From: a virus
Taxonomy: Duplodnaviria > Caudoviricetes
IMG/VR virus record: IMGVR_UViG_3300029288_000002
Span: 64,001-128,000 of that record
DNA length: 64,000 nt
Reading direction: 5' to 3' (one strand)
Shown here in pieces: positions 10,386 through 20,902 of this stretch. The notes under the pieces were generated by a model. It did not search any database, was not told the DNA's origin, and saw only the letters and a program-made list of their open reading frames with translations. The number at the start of each line of letters is the position of its first letter. Position 1 is the first letter of the stretch. A program made the position numbers and the translations under genes.

Positions 10386-10581
10386 AATTGCTCAAATCTA
10401 AAAAAGACTCTGGTCGTTCCAGAGTCTTTTTATTGCATAAAACGCAAGATTTACAACCATTTTGCAATGTAATTGTAATGCAAAACCCTTGCAATAATTA
10501 GAAAGTTTGGTATACTTATATATATGAATGGTAAAGGAAACGCGAAAGCGAAAATTCAACCTTTACTAAGAAGAGGATAGA

Positions 10582-10809
10582 ATGGCTAATAATATTGTAG
10601 AAATTACTGCTGAAACGAAGCTCGTAGAGTTAAATCAGGATTATGAAAATGCTCAGGCTGTAGGCGACGATACCTACAGTTTATGGGGCGAAATTTGTAA
10701 ATATTCAAAACTGCCTGAAACTCAGGTAGTAGAATATCGGATTTTAACTGCCGACGGATACTGGTCATTTGAAACCCGCGAGGAGGCGGCGGATCACATG
10801 ACTCAATAA
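10582..10809 (+). CDS. Acidic hypothetical protein
   Basis: RBS GAGGA. Confidence 0.75.
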   Translation: MANNIVEITAETKLVELNQDYENAQAVGDDTYSLWGEICKYSKLPETQVVEYRILTADGYWSFETREEAADHMTQ

Positions 10810-11010
10810 ATGCGGTATTGCGGTAGATAGAATTACCGCAATGAAAGTCGTTGAAAATTGTTTTGGCTAATTCTAAAATCCCTTTGACCAAAATCGAAGG
10901 GATTTTTATTTTACCCCTTGACAAATTTTAGCAAGTGCGCTAAAATAAATACAGATAAACATACCAGATAGCCAGAAGCTAAAAATCAACTGGTACGAAA
11001 AGAGGACAAA

Positions 11011-11340
11011 ATGAGAACGATTGAAATGACTTGCGATCAGTGTGATCGCGTACATACTGTGGAGTTTGGGGAATCCTTTGAATGCGAATGCGGAAACCCC
11101 ATATCTGCACCAGACTTTAGCGATTATACTGATACCTTCATGATCTATGGCACATATAATTGTGCAACTTGCTACGATTGGGGATGGGGCGGCGAGGGAT
11201 GTCCTGAGTGTGGGCTGGTAAATTCTCCTTGCCCTTCTGAAAGAGAAGATGAGTGTCCACAGTGTCACGACATGGGCGCAAGCCCAGAATGTTGTCATTG
11301 TGGAAAGTCGGTTCGTCGGCTTTCCACAGACGAGGAGTAA
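11011..11340 (+). CDS. Cys-rich multi-zinc-ribbon protein
   Basis: 14 Cys, mostly in CxxC/CxC pairs. Confidence 0.75.
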   Translation: MRTIEMTCDQCDRVHTVEFGESFECECGNPISAPDFSDYTDTFMIYGTYNCATCYDWGWGGEGCPECGLVNSPCPSEREDECPQCHDMGASPECCHCGKSVRRLSTDEE

Positions 11341-11341
11341 T

Positions 11342-11575
11342 ATGACCAATCAACTTTGGATTCAAATGCTAAAAGATAACGATAGTGGATTGCTCGCGCA
11401 ATTCCCCTATCTGTCCGATCAGCGCATTGTTGATCAGCAAGATGATCTTGCTGAAACAGATGTAATGTGGTACATTGTTGATCTTGCAGAAATGCAAGAT
11501 ACCACTGGAGCGCAAGATATTTTCCTTCGCTCGCATCAGGACGAAATCCTGACATGGGAAGTAGGGAAATATTAA
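11342..11575 (+). CDS. Acidic hypothetical protein
   Basis: RBS GAGGAG. Confidence 0.75.
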   Translation: MTNQLWIQMLKDNDSGLLAQFPYLSDQRIVDQQDDLAETDVMWYIVDLAEMQDTTGAQDIFLRSHQDEILTWEVGKY

Positions 11576-11711
11576 AAAAAAAAGACTTCTTAGAAATAAG
11601 AAGTCTTCTTTTTGTATAATTACAACTTGGTTGCAATCGCTAAAACCAGTTGCATTTGCAGAAAAATGAGTTATAATATTATTATCTTGACTGACAAAAA
11701 GGAATTGACAT

Positions 11712-11975
11712 ATGAAACACTTTTACGCTTTACATTCGTATATGGGCTTGAATTTTACTTATGATAGTCCCTGCTGGTCTGTGTATCGCTTTGACTCGCA
11801 GAAAGAACGTGAGTTATGGATGAAAGATCATGAGTATTGTGACAACAAGTGGGTTGCACAGGTAGCAACCCGCAAAGAAGCTGAAAAAGTGCGTAAGTAT
11901 TTTACACCAGTATATTGGAACGAATTAGAAAAGGATTTTTGCCCAGGCGAACAGGAAGATTTTAAACCAGAATAA
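11712..11975 (+). CDS. Hypothetical protein
   Basis: RBS AAAGGA. Confidence 0.75.
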   Translation: MKHFYALHSYMGLNFTYDSPCWSVYRFDSQKERELWMKDHEYCDNKWVAQVATRKEAEKVRKYFTPVYWNELEKDFCPGEQEDFKPE

Positions 11976-12027
11976 TCAAAGATAAATTGCACAAAATAGC
12001 CTGATAACTCATTATTTTATAGCATTC

Positions 12028-12132
12028 TTACCAGAAAGCGTTATAAACGATTATTAGCGTAACGGGCATAAGAACTACCTTTTCATCAGCAAAATCGCTC
12101 TCAGTCTTTTCTGGTGGCATACAGAGGCATTG
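12028..12132. repeat. Dispersed dyad element, best two-armed copy
   Basis: TTACCAGAAAGCGTTATAAACGATT...GGGCATAAGAACTACCTTTT...AAAATCGCTCTCAGTCTTTTCTGGTGGCATACAGAGGCATTG. Confidence 0.65.
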
Positions 12133-12173
12133 CAGAAAGGCAACTAAAAGTAAAATTGGTGTAAATTGGGGGA

Positions 12174-12201
12174 TTGACAAATACAGAAAAAAGACTATAA
12201 T
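12174..12201 (+). promoter_or_regulatory. Sigma70-type promoter ahead of a non-coding structured region
   Basis: TTGACA-N16-TATAAT. Confidence 0.85.
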
Positions 12202-12208
12202 AAATAAT

Positions 12209-12390
12209 GTAAGACACAAGAAAGAACGTCTTACAAAGACTAACGGTAACTGAGTACCGTTCCCGATCCGGCAGGGTTAATCCGAGTTACACCTGTGAGT
12301 TCAGTCTAACCAATGGTACAAGCACAGGCAGAAATGAACGTGACAAGTTGGGATAAACAGGCGGCTTGATACCGTAGGATAGACTCAACT
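12209..12390 (+). ncRNA. Candidate structured ncRNA or leader (~180 nt)
   Basis: Stems GTAAGAC/GTCTTAC, AACGGTA/TACCGTT, CCTGTG/CACAGG, AGTCTA/TAGACT, TCCCGA/TTGGGA; no ORF; starts just after a promoter. Confidence 0.5.
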
Positions 12391-12505
12391 AAAACAACAC
12401 TTTTATGACCGAAAAAGAGGACAGTATGAACCTTTTAGAACAAAGAGCAAGAGAGAGAGTTGATACTATGGGGTTTACCCAAAACGAAGAAGAGGAAAAT
12501 CTATA

Positions 12506-12712
12506 ATGAATCAATCGCCTTTTTGGTCAAAGGATGAGAAGAAATCTGATTTGTGGTGGTATACCCCCAACATATTAGATAAACCAATGGGGAAAATTCG
12601 TAAATCTGATACTGTTTGGATTTGGGCTTGCTATTTTGACAAACGGGATTCTGGTTGTGCTAATACTGACGAAGAAGCTAAACAGGAAATTCTAAAGCGA
12701 TGGTATAAATAG
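12506..12712 (+). CDS. Hypothetical protein, WxW..AK family (cf. 20903, 25825, 27770)
   Basis: WIWACYF...EEAKQEI. Confidence 0.7.
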   Translation: MNQSPFWSKDEKKSDLWWYTPNILDKPMGKIRKSDTVWIWACYFDKRDSGCANTDEEAKQEILKRWYK

Positions 12713-12853
12713 CCACTAAAACGGGCATCAAATCCGCTTTTTATCAACAAAGAAGCTACCGAAAATTGGTAGCTTCTTTTCGTAAATTGCTTATTGACTT
12801 TTTGGGTATAAGTGGTTATACCGTAAGTACAAATCGCTCAAAGGAGTTTGGCA

Positions 12854-13141
12854 ATGACACAAGAAAACAAAGTTAAGACATATAAGAAATCCGCTATAGC
12901 GTTACAAAATAGCGGAAAATATCACGGGAACATTGTATCTTTTGTTCCTGTTGGTATGAAATTGTCGGATAGACTTGCTGTAGTCTATCCTAATGGCAGC
13001 AAAGGGGATAACTGGACATTTATTGTCGGTAAAGGTACTACTGCAATGAACGAGGCTGCCGGTACTATGCCAACAGAAGAGCAGTCAATTGCAGCAGTAT
13101 GGGCTATTCTTTCTATTTTGGATATTGTGAAAGAAGGGTAA
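12854..13141 (+). CDS. Hypothetical protein
   Basis: Promoter + RBS AAGGAG. Confidence 0.75.
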   Translation: MTQENKVKTYKKSAIALQNSGKYHGNIVSFVPVGMKLSDRLAVVYPNGSKGDNWTFIVGKGTTAMNEAAGTMPTEEQSIAAVWAILSILDIVKEG

Positions 13142-13143
13142 TA

Positions 13144-13344
13144 ATGCCACAAACGATTGACCAAAAAAGATTTAACGCAGTTATGAAGAGTATCAATAAT
13201 TGGTCACTGTGGCCAGTGGATATTATTCCTACTGACGTAAGAGAAAGCACAGGTAATGCTATCAAAGCATTACCGGATAATCTAAGAGACGAAGTTAAAG
13301 ATAGACTCGAAGAGTTATATGGTAATAATGCTGATAAGTATTAA
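13144..13344 (+). CDS. Hypothetical protein
   Basis: Follows 2 nt after upstream ORF; RBS GAAGGG. Confidence 0.7.
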   Translation: MPQTIDQKRFNAVMKSINNWSLWPVDIIPTDVRESTGNAIKALPDNLRDEVKDRLEELYGNNADKY

Positions 13345-13624
13345 AACTGCCCCTTGACAAAATTTGAAAAGGGTGTATGATTTAAAAAGGTAGATAAGTT
13401 TATTTTTATTTACCTTCCTTTTTATTTACCGATAATATGAGGAGGTTTATGCTTACTTTTATCGTAATTGTAGTGCTGTTCGTTTTGTTAATTTGTAGTC
13501 TGGTAAAATCGCCAATTAGTTAAAAGAGTCTGCTTATAAGCAAACTCTTTTGTTATGATATTGCAATACTATTTTGGCTAAACTGTGATAGAATAGTATT
13601 ATCTTTCAAATAGGAGAAAGCATT

Positions 13625-13888
13625 ATGTTTTCAAAAGAGGCGCGGTATTTATTGCTTAGTGATTGTATTCAGTTTGGATTATACAATCGCCGCTACATTG
13701 AAACGGTTGTACACGCTAATACTGCTGAAGAATTATCTTGGATGTATTCTGGTCATACCGTTATTGCAAGTTTTAATACAGATGGAAAAATGATCAATGA
13801 CAAGAAGGATTCTCAAACAGTAGTTGATTTTTATGAAAGTAAACTACAATGGTTAAAAGATAATTCTGAAACGTATATTGAATTGTAA
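13625..13888 (+). CDS. Hypothetical protein
   Basis: RBS AGGAG. Confidence 0.75.
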   Translation: MFSKEARYLLLSDCIQFGLYNRRYIETVVHANTAEELSWMYSGHTVIASFNTDGKMINDKKDSQTVVDFYESKLQWLKDNSETYIEL

Positions 13889-13959
13889 TGCGATTGTAAT
13901 ACTACTTTGTGATAACAGTAGTATAATGAGTATAGTAATCAACCAAATAGGAGTTTACG

Positions 13960-14244
13960 ATGGGTACACTTCAACCAGACGGTTCTTATATTTATCTTCC
14001 CGTTACACGGGAAGAATTGGGGAAAATGGTTAGTAATAATATCGTTGAGTATATTGACCCTGTAAAGTTAACAAGGAATACACGAAGTGTTGTTGCTGGT
14101 GATTTTGGCAATAACCACGAATTAGAAATTATGTTTTGTTTAAATGATTTTCCAGTAAGCACAGAACAATTTGATTCGTTGGATTTTGACAAATTTCTTG
14201 ATCGTCTGTTAGAAATTTCAGACGACTGGCATATTCAAAACTGA
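13960..14244 (+). CDS. Hypothetical protein
   Basis: RBS AGGAG. Confidence 0.75.
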   Translation: MGTLQPDGSYIYLPVTREELGKMVSNNIVEYIDPVKLTRNTRSVVAGDFGNNHELEIMFCLNDFPVSTEQFDSLDFDKFLDRLLEISDDWHIQN

Positions 14245-14337
14245 TAATCGCAACTTCATAACAACACTATAAACCCTATTGACATAATAGGCGATAGGGT
14301 TTATAATTTAGGCATCAGTTGAAAAGGAGTTAACAAC

Positions 14338-14667
14338 ATGAAATTAACATTCAAGAAAGAAGCGAGAGAAACGGGGTTGAGGGCAGTGGTAAATCCTACG
14401 CCCTCAACAATTATTAAAATTGAGGGTAAAGAATGGGGACATATATGGGGACATATAATCCCTGCAAGTAGCCACTCTGATTTATTTGCCTGGTCAATCC
14501 AATTTTCCATTGTCAAAAAAGATATTATGGAAGATAAAAACCCAAATTGTATTTGGCGTAATGTCACATTAAAACAAAAATTTAGCAGTGAACCAGAAGC
14601 AAGGGATTGGCTAAAGACAAACTTAGATATGCTGTCTGAAAAATTTACTTTTTATTTACATGAATAA
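14338..14667 (+). CDS. Hypothetical phage protein
   Basis: RBS AAGGAG; MKLTFKK..ETGL N-terminus common in phage ORFs. Confidence 0.8.
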   Translation: MKLTFKKEARETGLRAVVNPTPSTIIKIEGKEWGHIWGHIIPASSHSDLFAWSIQFSIVKKDIMEDKNPNCIWRNVTLKQKFSSEPEARDWLKTNLDMLSEKFTFYLHE

Positions 14668-14830
14668 AGAAAAAACGGAAGAACGTTAGAAAGAGTTTAA
14701 CCAAAAAAGCGCATAAATTCTGCCTTTTATGCAATTATTCTGTAATTCAATTGCAACACACAAATTACAGGATAGTAGTATAATAGAAACAAGAACGAAA
14801 TCAACCAAAGTAACACTAAAGGAGTTTGAG

Positions 14831-15046
14831 ATGTACACTTTTGAAAAGCGAGGAGATTACTTTTGTGTTTATAACAAAGGGGAATTTATCAATGCTTTCT
14901 ATTCTGCAAAAGAAGCAGATAAGAGTTGTAAGGTTTGGAACAGTTTAGATAATTACCCAAGGTTTACAATCCGTGAATTTTTAGAAACACATAAATTGGA
15001 GATTATTGCCAGTGGTAAATGCCCTTATCCGAAAGTTGTAGCGTGA
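14831..15046 (+). CDS. Hypothetical protein
   Basis: RBS AAGGAG. Confidence 0.7.
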   Translation: MYTFEKRGDYFCVYNKGEFINAFYSAKEADKSCKVWNSLDNYPRFTIREFLETHKLEIIASGKCPYPKVVA

Positions 15047-15170
15047 AGACCTTTTAAAATGGTCTGATAAAATGACACAATATTTAAATATTTAGTGCAA
15101 TTTCAAAACTAATATAAAAAAAAGACTTCTGGATTATCAGAAGTCTTTTTTTATATCCCTGCAGTAATAT

Positions 15171-15273
15171 CTCTGTAAGCCACCATAAGACACAGAGAGC
15201 GAAGTTGTACATACAAACGCATAATTCTATACATTATAAATTTTAAACGATTGTGGGCTTTCCTGTGAGGTTC
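15171..15273. repeat. Dispersed dyad element, copy
   Basis: CTCTGTAAGCCACCATAAGACACAGAGAGCGAAGTT...AAACGATTGTGGGCTTTCCTGTGAGG. Confidence 0.6.
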
Positions 15274-15360
15274 AAATTGATAGCTTTTAGGGTATTGACT
15301 TCTACGAGAAAGGGGGTATAATAATTACAGATTGAAAAACTTTTAGATAAGGAGAATGAC

Positions 15361-15735
15361 ATGGGTACAATTCGTGAAGACTTTCTAAGCATGATTGGTG
15401 AAATTGACAATGCTGAATATACTGAAGAGACCGGCGGGGATTTGCAATTAATCTCTATTAAGGGAATTGCAGAAGAAGGATGGCTTCAGCAGGGGTTTCT
15501 TTTTGAAACAGACGAAGATGCACAGAAATTCTTTGAAGAACACAAAACGGAAATCAATAGTATTTTAGCAAAACTGCTAAAAGAAAATGGCTGTGGGTTT
15601 TCAGAGTTGTGTGATATTTATGATCTTTTCTGTGAAGAAGGCGATCCTTTATTTATGTATGTTTTCAATCAAGGGAACGTTGTAAACATTGTCTTGATTG
15701 ATTTATCTCAAAAATTATTAGCCGAAAAGGAGTAA
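15361..15735 (+). CDS. Highly acidic protein, possible Ocr-like DNA mimic
   Basis: About 27 D/E vs 8 K/R; IAEEG..GFLF..D..KFFEEHKTEI pattern; own promoter TTGACT(15295)-N16-TATAAT. Confidence 0.5.
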   Translation: MGTIREDFLSMIGEIDNAEYTEETGGDLQLISIKGIAEEGWLQQGFLFETDEDAQKFFEEHKTEINSILAKLLKENGCGFSELCDIYDLFCEEGDPLFMYVFNQGNVVNIVLIDLSQKLLAEKE

Positions 15736-15739
15736 AATT

Positions 15740-16087
15740 ATGTTGATTATCACAAATGCTTTTAGTTTATCTATGCTTGATGGTAACTTTTCATGTAAAC
15801 GGTTTGAAAAGATTACACAACAAGAAGCCGCGCAATGTTTCAATGAATATCGCAACAACTATGACTCTTATATTGGTCATAAGGACACAGGAAGTATTGT
15901 TGCTGATATGTTGGGATATTTTGGTACTTTGTGGGATTCGACTCGCCGCTCTTATGTAGATAAGGATGGTGATTTTATTTTGGTAGCACAATATTCTGGC
16001 ACTCGTTTACCAGAAGGGTCTACAACACTTCCACAAGGGGCTAAGATTGAATTTTGGCTGGTGCAGGAACAACGCTTGCTATATTAA
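15740..16087 (+). CDS. acrIII-1: DUF1874 (STIV B116/YddF) family, AcrIII-1 cyclic tetra-adenylate ring nuclease
   Basis: NAFSLSML N-terminus, catalytic IGH, and LVAQY..RLPEG.TTLP motif characteristic of DUF1874. Confidence 0.85.
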   Translation: MLIITNAFSLSMLDGNFSCKRFEKITQQEAAQCFNEYRNNYDSYIGHKDTGSIVADMLGYFGTLWDSTRRSYVDKDGDFILVAQYSGTRLPEGSTTLPQGAKIEFWLVQEQRLLY

Positions 16088-16197
16088 CAACTGTTATAGA
16101 ATTTGACATTTTAGTTATGGAATTGCAATGGAAAACCCATTGCAATTTTTAGTTTAAGTGCTATACTATATCTAACCTTTGATATGGAGTAACGATT

Positions 16198-16698
16198 ATG
16201 ACAGTAGAACAAATGATTGATGAAGTGAAACGCCAGGCAGTAATCCGCAGTTTTTCTATGCCTGAACACGGCTTTATGGCCAATAAAGAAAGTTCTATTG
16301 CAAAGCGGATTGTTGAGCAATCCGCTTTGGCTGAGTACTTTGCTTGTTTAGTTTATCATGCAAAATACAGCAATCTAAACACTAAAGGCGGCGATGGCGG
16401 TTATGACTTTGTTTTACCAAAAACAGGTAAAACTGTTGAGGTAAAGTGGTTAGGATATGTTGGTGGTACAACTACTCCTCGCAGGGAGGGTCATATTCTG
16501 GTACGTGAATCGCGTGGGCTACATGCTGATATTTATGTAGCAGTAATTGGGGATGAAACTACGGGTTTTGAAATTGCTGGCTGGTGTACGCAGCAAGAAT
16601 TATTTGATTCGCCGCGCTTTACTGGCAAAGCGCAAAAAGATGGAACTACTAACAATTATGCAATTCATACCAGTAAATTGCATAAGACCAAACTCTAA
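16198..16698 (+). CDS. PD-(D/E)xK nuclease-like protein, family A
   Basis: AEY..GDGGYDF...TVEVKW; paralogue of 40061. Confidence 0.7.
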   Translation: MTVEQMIDEVKRQAVIRSFSMPEHGFMANKESSIAKRIVEQSALAEYFACLVYHAKYSNLNTKGGDGGYDFVLPKTGKTVEVKWLGYVGGTTTPRREGHILVRESRGLHADIYVAVIGDETTGFEIAGWCTQQELFDSPRFTGKAQKDGTTNNYAIHTSKLHKTKL

Positions 16699-16755
16699 AA
16701 ACCCTTGACATTTTTAGAGTTATCCTTTACAATTAAAGTATAAGGAGATTAAACG

Positions 16756-16968
16756 ATGAATAAGATTCACAACTGGTATGAGGGTTGGATTGTAACTGCT
16801 TTTTACGAGCAGTATGAGGGTGTAGAAAAGTCATTCAAACTTCCCCGTATCAGAGTTGGTAGGTACGGGAAAAAGTCATGGACTATTTCTCCCTGGTTTT
16901 ACTATCTCCCTTATGCCGAAAGTATTTTGGCACATGAGGAGAATCAAAGAGAGAAATTTGAGTATTAA
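16756..16968 (+). CDS. Hypothetical protein
   Basis: Promoter + RBS AAGGAG. Confidence 0.7.
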   Translation: MNKIHNWYEGWIVTAFYEQYEGVEKSFKLPRIRVGRYGKKSWTISPWFYYLPYAESILAHEENQREKFEY

Positions 16969-17265
16969 TTTTTAGTAAATAATAGACAAAATCCTCTTGG
17001 CGAGCGTTTCTTAAAATGCTGTTGGGATTACAACAGAAATACAGACATAGATTTAAAATCCTTGTCTGTTAAATCCAACAAAACAATTTGGGTATTTGAT
17101 ATAACTGACCCATATAATAGTTATGAAACCACCGCATATCTTTTTTATAAAAAGTGCATGATACGGTTAGGTCGTAAATACTAAAAACGTATTACAACTA
17201 TTTTGTAATACGTTTTTCTGTAAAAGGTAGTATAATATATTCAATCTTAGATAAGGAGTTTTACT

Positions 17266-18503
17266 ATGAAAGCAACAAAGACTGCGAAAGTGTTGAATAC
17301 TATTGATGATAGATACGCTTTAAGCAGTTATGGATGTGAGATTTTAGACAGAGTTATTCGCAAATGCGAACCCCCAACAAACAGGTTTGATGTTTGGAAT
17401 TTGAAATCTATTAATGACGGCAGTGGGTTTTTCTATAGTGTTTGGCGCAATTCTTGGAAAGAAGGGGCTGTTCAAAATTTTCGTGAAATGGCAGATATAT
17501 TTATCTACATTGTAAAATATTATAATTAGTAAAATTGATGCTTGACTTTTGAACGAATGTGCTGTATACTTGAACCAAGATTGATTTTAGACAAAGGAGA
17601 ATTGAAACATGAAAAAGATTGATCGTTTATGTTCTGAATTAGCGCAAGCACATATGAGTGCGGCAAAAAGTAACGTTACATTTCATAATTCTTTTTGCAC
17701 AACATATGTGGAAGTATATTATAACGAAGAAACAAAAAAGTATTCTGTTTATGATGGAGATTCAAATCATTTAGGAGATTATGGTTTTGATAATGCTGAA
17801 AATTTATTGGCGAAACTGATTAAAACTGAAATTGTTAAATCACTTAATTTAGCATAAAAGGTATAAATTATGGAAAATCCTTATTCTCATTTTTACTTGT
17901 ACGCAAAGGGTTGGTATAAAGAAACCAACCAAACTGACGACCTTTTAAAAATCTTGTCTAATTACAACGGACAACCGCTCAAATATTGTACAGTGCATGA
18001 TTTACAGGTTGTATTGTCACAACCTGTTTACAATGAACTAACAAAGAATTGGTCACGTTATACCTTCCTGGAATTTTGTAGTAATATGGCTAAAGATAAC
18101 AATATCATTACAACCTATTTACGGGTATTGTGTTTAGCTGCAGTTTATGATACACTGGATTTACCAGACAGTAATATTTTGCCGTTGAAAAAGGAGAATT
18201 GAAATGGGTTACTTTACTGCAGACGGCAGAGATGAATATATGGGGGATTATCGCACAAACAACACTGTTAAATATTTATTGACTGTTGAAAGCAATGGTG
18301 ATACTTATCTAACAGGACACGAAACCATTGCTGAGTGTGAAGAAGAATTGAAAAAGTATTCTTCTTATAATGCACTTTTGCAAGTTCGGGTTGAGGGTGG
18401 TTTGCATGGGTATTCTGCCCTTTGTGATTGGAGTGGAAACGTTATGCCGGTTACAAGCAACGAAGAGTATTTTGCATGGCTGGCAACCGCTAAGATTGCA
18501 TAG
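17266..18503 (+). other. Four small hypothetical CDS (17266-17529, 17609-17857, 17870-18202, 18204-18503)
   Basis: Each has an RBS; tightly packed on + strand. Confidence 0.75.
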
Positions 18504-18913
18504 AAAGGATATTTTAGATATGAAAATTAAAAACAAACTTTTACTTTTTGCGTTTCGACAAGACTGGAAGTTTGGGAAATGGGAGCTTTCAGCAGGAATT
18601 TATTCAAAAAGGGTTCTGTATCGTTTCCCATTTTTACAGATTGATGTTTTTTACGATTAGTAATAAAAGGAGATTAGATATGCCTAATTATGAAACGACT
18701 CGACAGAAATTTGAAAAAATGCTTGTTAATAATGGCAAGAAAGGAGCACAATAATGTTAACATTTCTTTGCATATTTTTAGTTGTTATCTTTGTGATTTA
18801 CAAGAAATTCGATTAGGTGAGGTGTTTTTTGTTATGATGTTGCAATTCTAAACTGTTGTAATTATAACCAGAAGTGGTATAATTGTTGTAATAATTCAGA
18901 TAAGGAGAAACCA

Positions 18914-20450
18914 GTGAAACAACAAGATTTAGAACGTATTATGAACGAAACGCAAGATGCCTATATGCGTAAGTATTTTACAGAAGAATCGTGGCAAAAA
19001 AGTGTCGAAAATCTATTTACCGCCGGTTATACTGTAAAGGCTATTCTTGAAATTATGAGAAGTTTATATATGCGCTGGGCATATGAGGATTTTGCAAAAA
19101 AGGTTGAAACGCCTGATAATGAAGACGATTTCATACTTGTTGCAGACGGCAGTGAGATTATGAAATATGTTGCAAAGACTTATCACTTTCCCTGGTGTAG
19201 CAAGAGACAGAAATACCAAGAATTTTTAGAAACTTTTGAACAAATTTGGTAAAATGCGCGATAGATGGGGAAATAACAGAGAGTTTTGTGTTTGTTAAAT
19301 CAATTTGTGCTTTCATTTCTTTACAGGAGTATTAATGTTTACAGAAAAAGATTTCTCAATGTTGGTGGCTTTTTTGAAAAAGAACGATTTTTTAATGGCT
19401 ACTGAGTATAACAATGGTGCTTTTGTAGCACACGGTAATAACGGCGATGTACTTGTACGATTTGCGTGTTGTGAATATCCGGGACAAGATTGGTATACTC
19501 AAACTACTTATAACAGGATTGCAGCACATACTGTAAAAGGTTTTGACAAATGGCGATTTCCTGATATGGTGATTGCGTTACCGGCAGATAAGGATTATAT
19601 TCTACTGCAATTGCGAAACCTTGCTTTAGGCAAAATTGAAGATTTACCTTTTGAAGAATATGAAGGAGAATAATATGATTACCATTGCAGAAGTTTACTC
19701 TTGTTTTAATGTTTTGTGCTTGGTTATAATGTTTCTCTCTTTTGCGAAGAGTCTGTTTATTGGTAGCAAATTCAGTTTTATTTTGTACTTTAAGTATGGT
19801 AAGAAATACTACTCCTGGTACAAGTATACTATTTTAGATGCAAAGTTTCCAGACAATTTGAAATAAAGGAGTTTTTATGAAACCTATTTACCGCAAAAGC
19901 CCTCGTTTTGAGCATTTGAATCGGTGTATTTTAAATAATGTTTATTGGGGAAAAGATGCTGCTTTAGAACCATATTGTATTGCATTAGTCGTATTTTCAC
20001 CGATTGGAGATATGTATACTCGTGATAACAATACAGTTATTGGTCAAATTGCAAAGGATTATAACAAGGTTTTAAAGCAGTTTAAGGAAAACAAAGGAAA
20101 AACAATTTCTATAGTATACGAAGCAGAAGGTAGCGATACGAGGTTATATCAATTTGTATTTGTTGAAGGCAACAATATAAGTTTTGAAACATGGAAATAG
20201 AATCTTGTTTTTATGAAAAAGGATGTTGAGTAGGACTAAAAGGACTCCGACACAAGAAGGTTGTTTCTGGTTTTATGGTAATCCATATGAGTATGGTGAT
20301 TTAAACCCTTCTCATTTGCGGCTGTGTCTTGTGGAAATTAAACTGCTACCTTCCCGTTCTTATTTATATTGGTATGACAGTTGTGAATTGTATAACACCA
20401 TTGGATATTGGCAAGAAATTTTACAGCCCCAATTACCAGAGGTTGAATGA
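18914..20450 (+). other. Hypothetical CDS block (18914-19252, 19335-19673, 19675-19866, 19877-20200, 20223-20450)
   Basis: RBS-led, contiguous ORFs. Confidence 0.7.
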
Positions 20451-20899
20451 TTACATATCTTGTAGGAGATGCCACATATCCGCAAGGATTAGGGCTAAAG
20501 ATTATTGCTCATGTTTGCAACAATAAAGGCGGGTGGGGTAAAGGGTTTGTTTTGGCTATTTCTAAACGATGGAAAGAGCCAGAGCAATATTATCGAGAAT
20601 TTCACGATATATACAAACTTGGCATGACTCAATTTGTTAGTGTTGGTTATAATCTGTTTGTAGCCAACATGATTGCGCAAGATGGATATAGCACTAAAAA
20701 TAAGCAAGCGTTATCACATGATGCTTTAGAAAAGTGCTTAATGATTGTAAATACTACTGCTAAAAATTACAACGCTTCTATCCACATGCCTCGAATTGGT
20801 ATTGGTTTAGGCGGCGGTAATTGGGAAACTATAGAACAAATTATCAACAGTTGTTGCAATGTGCCGGTATTTGTATACGATTTACCCAAAAAGGAGTAA
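20447..20899 (+). CDS. Macrodomain (Appr-1-p processing / ADP-ribosylhydrolase) protein
   Basis: GDAT, IIAHVCNNKGGWGKGF, IHMPRIGIGLGGGNW motifs. Confidence 0.9.
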   Translation: MITYLVGDATYPQGLGLKIIAHVCNNKGGWGKGFVLAISKRWKEPEQYYREFHDIYKLGMTQFVSVGYNLFVANMIAQDGYSTKNKQALSHDALEKCLMIVNTTAKNYNASIHMPRIGIGLGGGNWETIEQIINSCCNVPVFVYDLPKKE

Positions 20900-20902
20900 A
20901 CC

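Noticed and set aside
16985-17183. Gene between 16968 and 17266
   Set aside because: Reads like a start-less remnant (WDYNRN...SNKTIW) of a zinc-ribbon/endonuclease-associated domain; too short to call.
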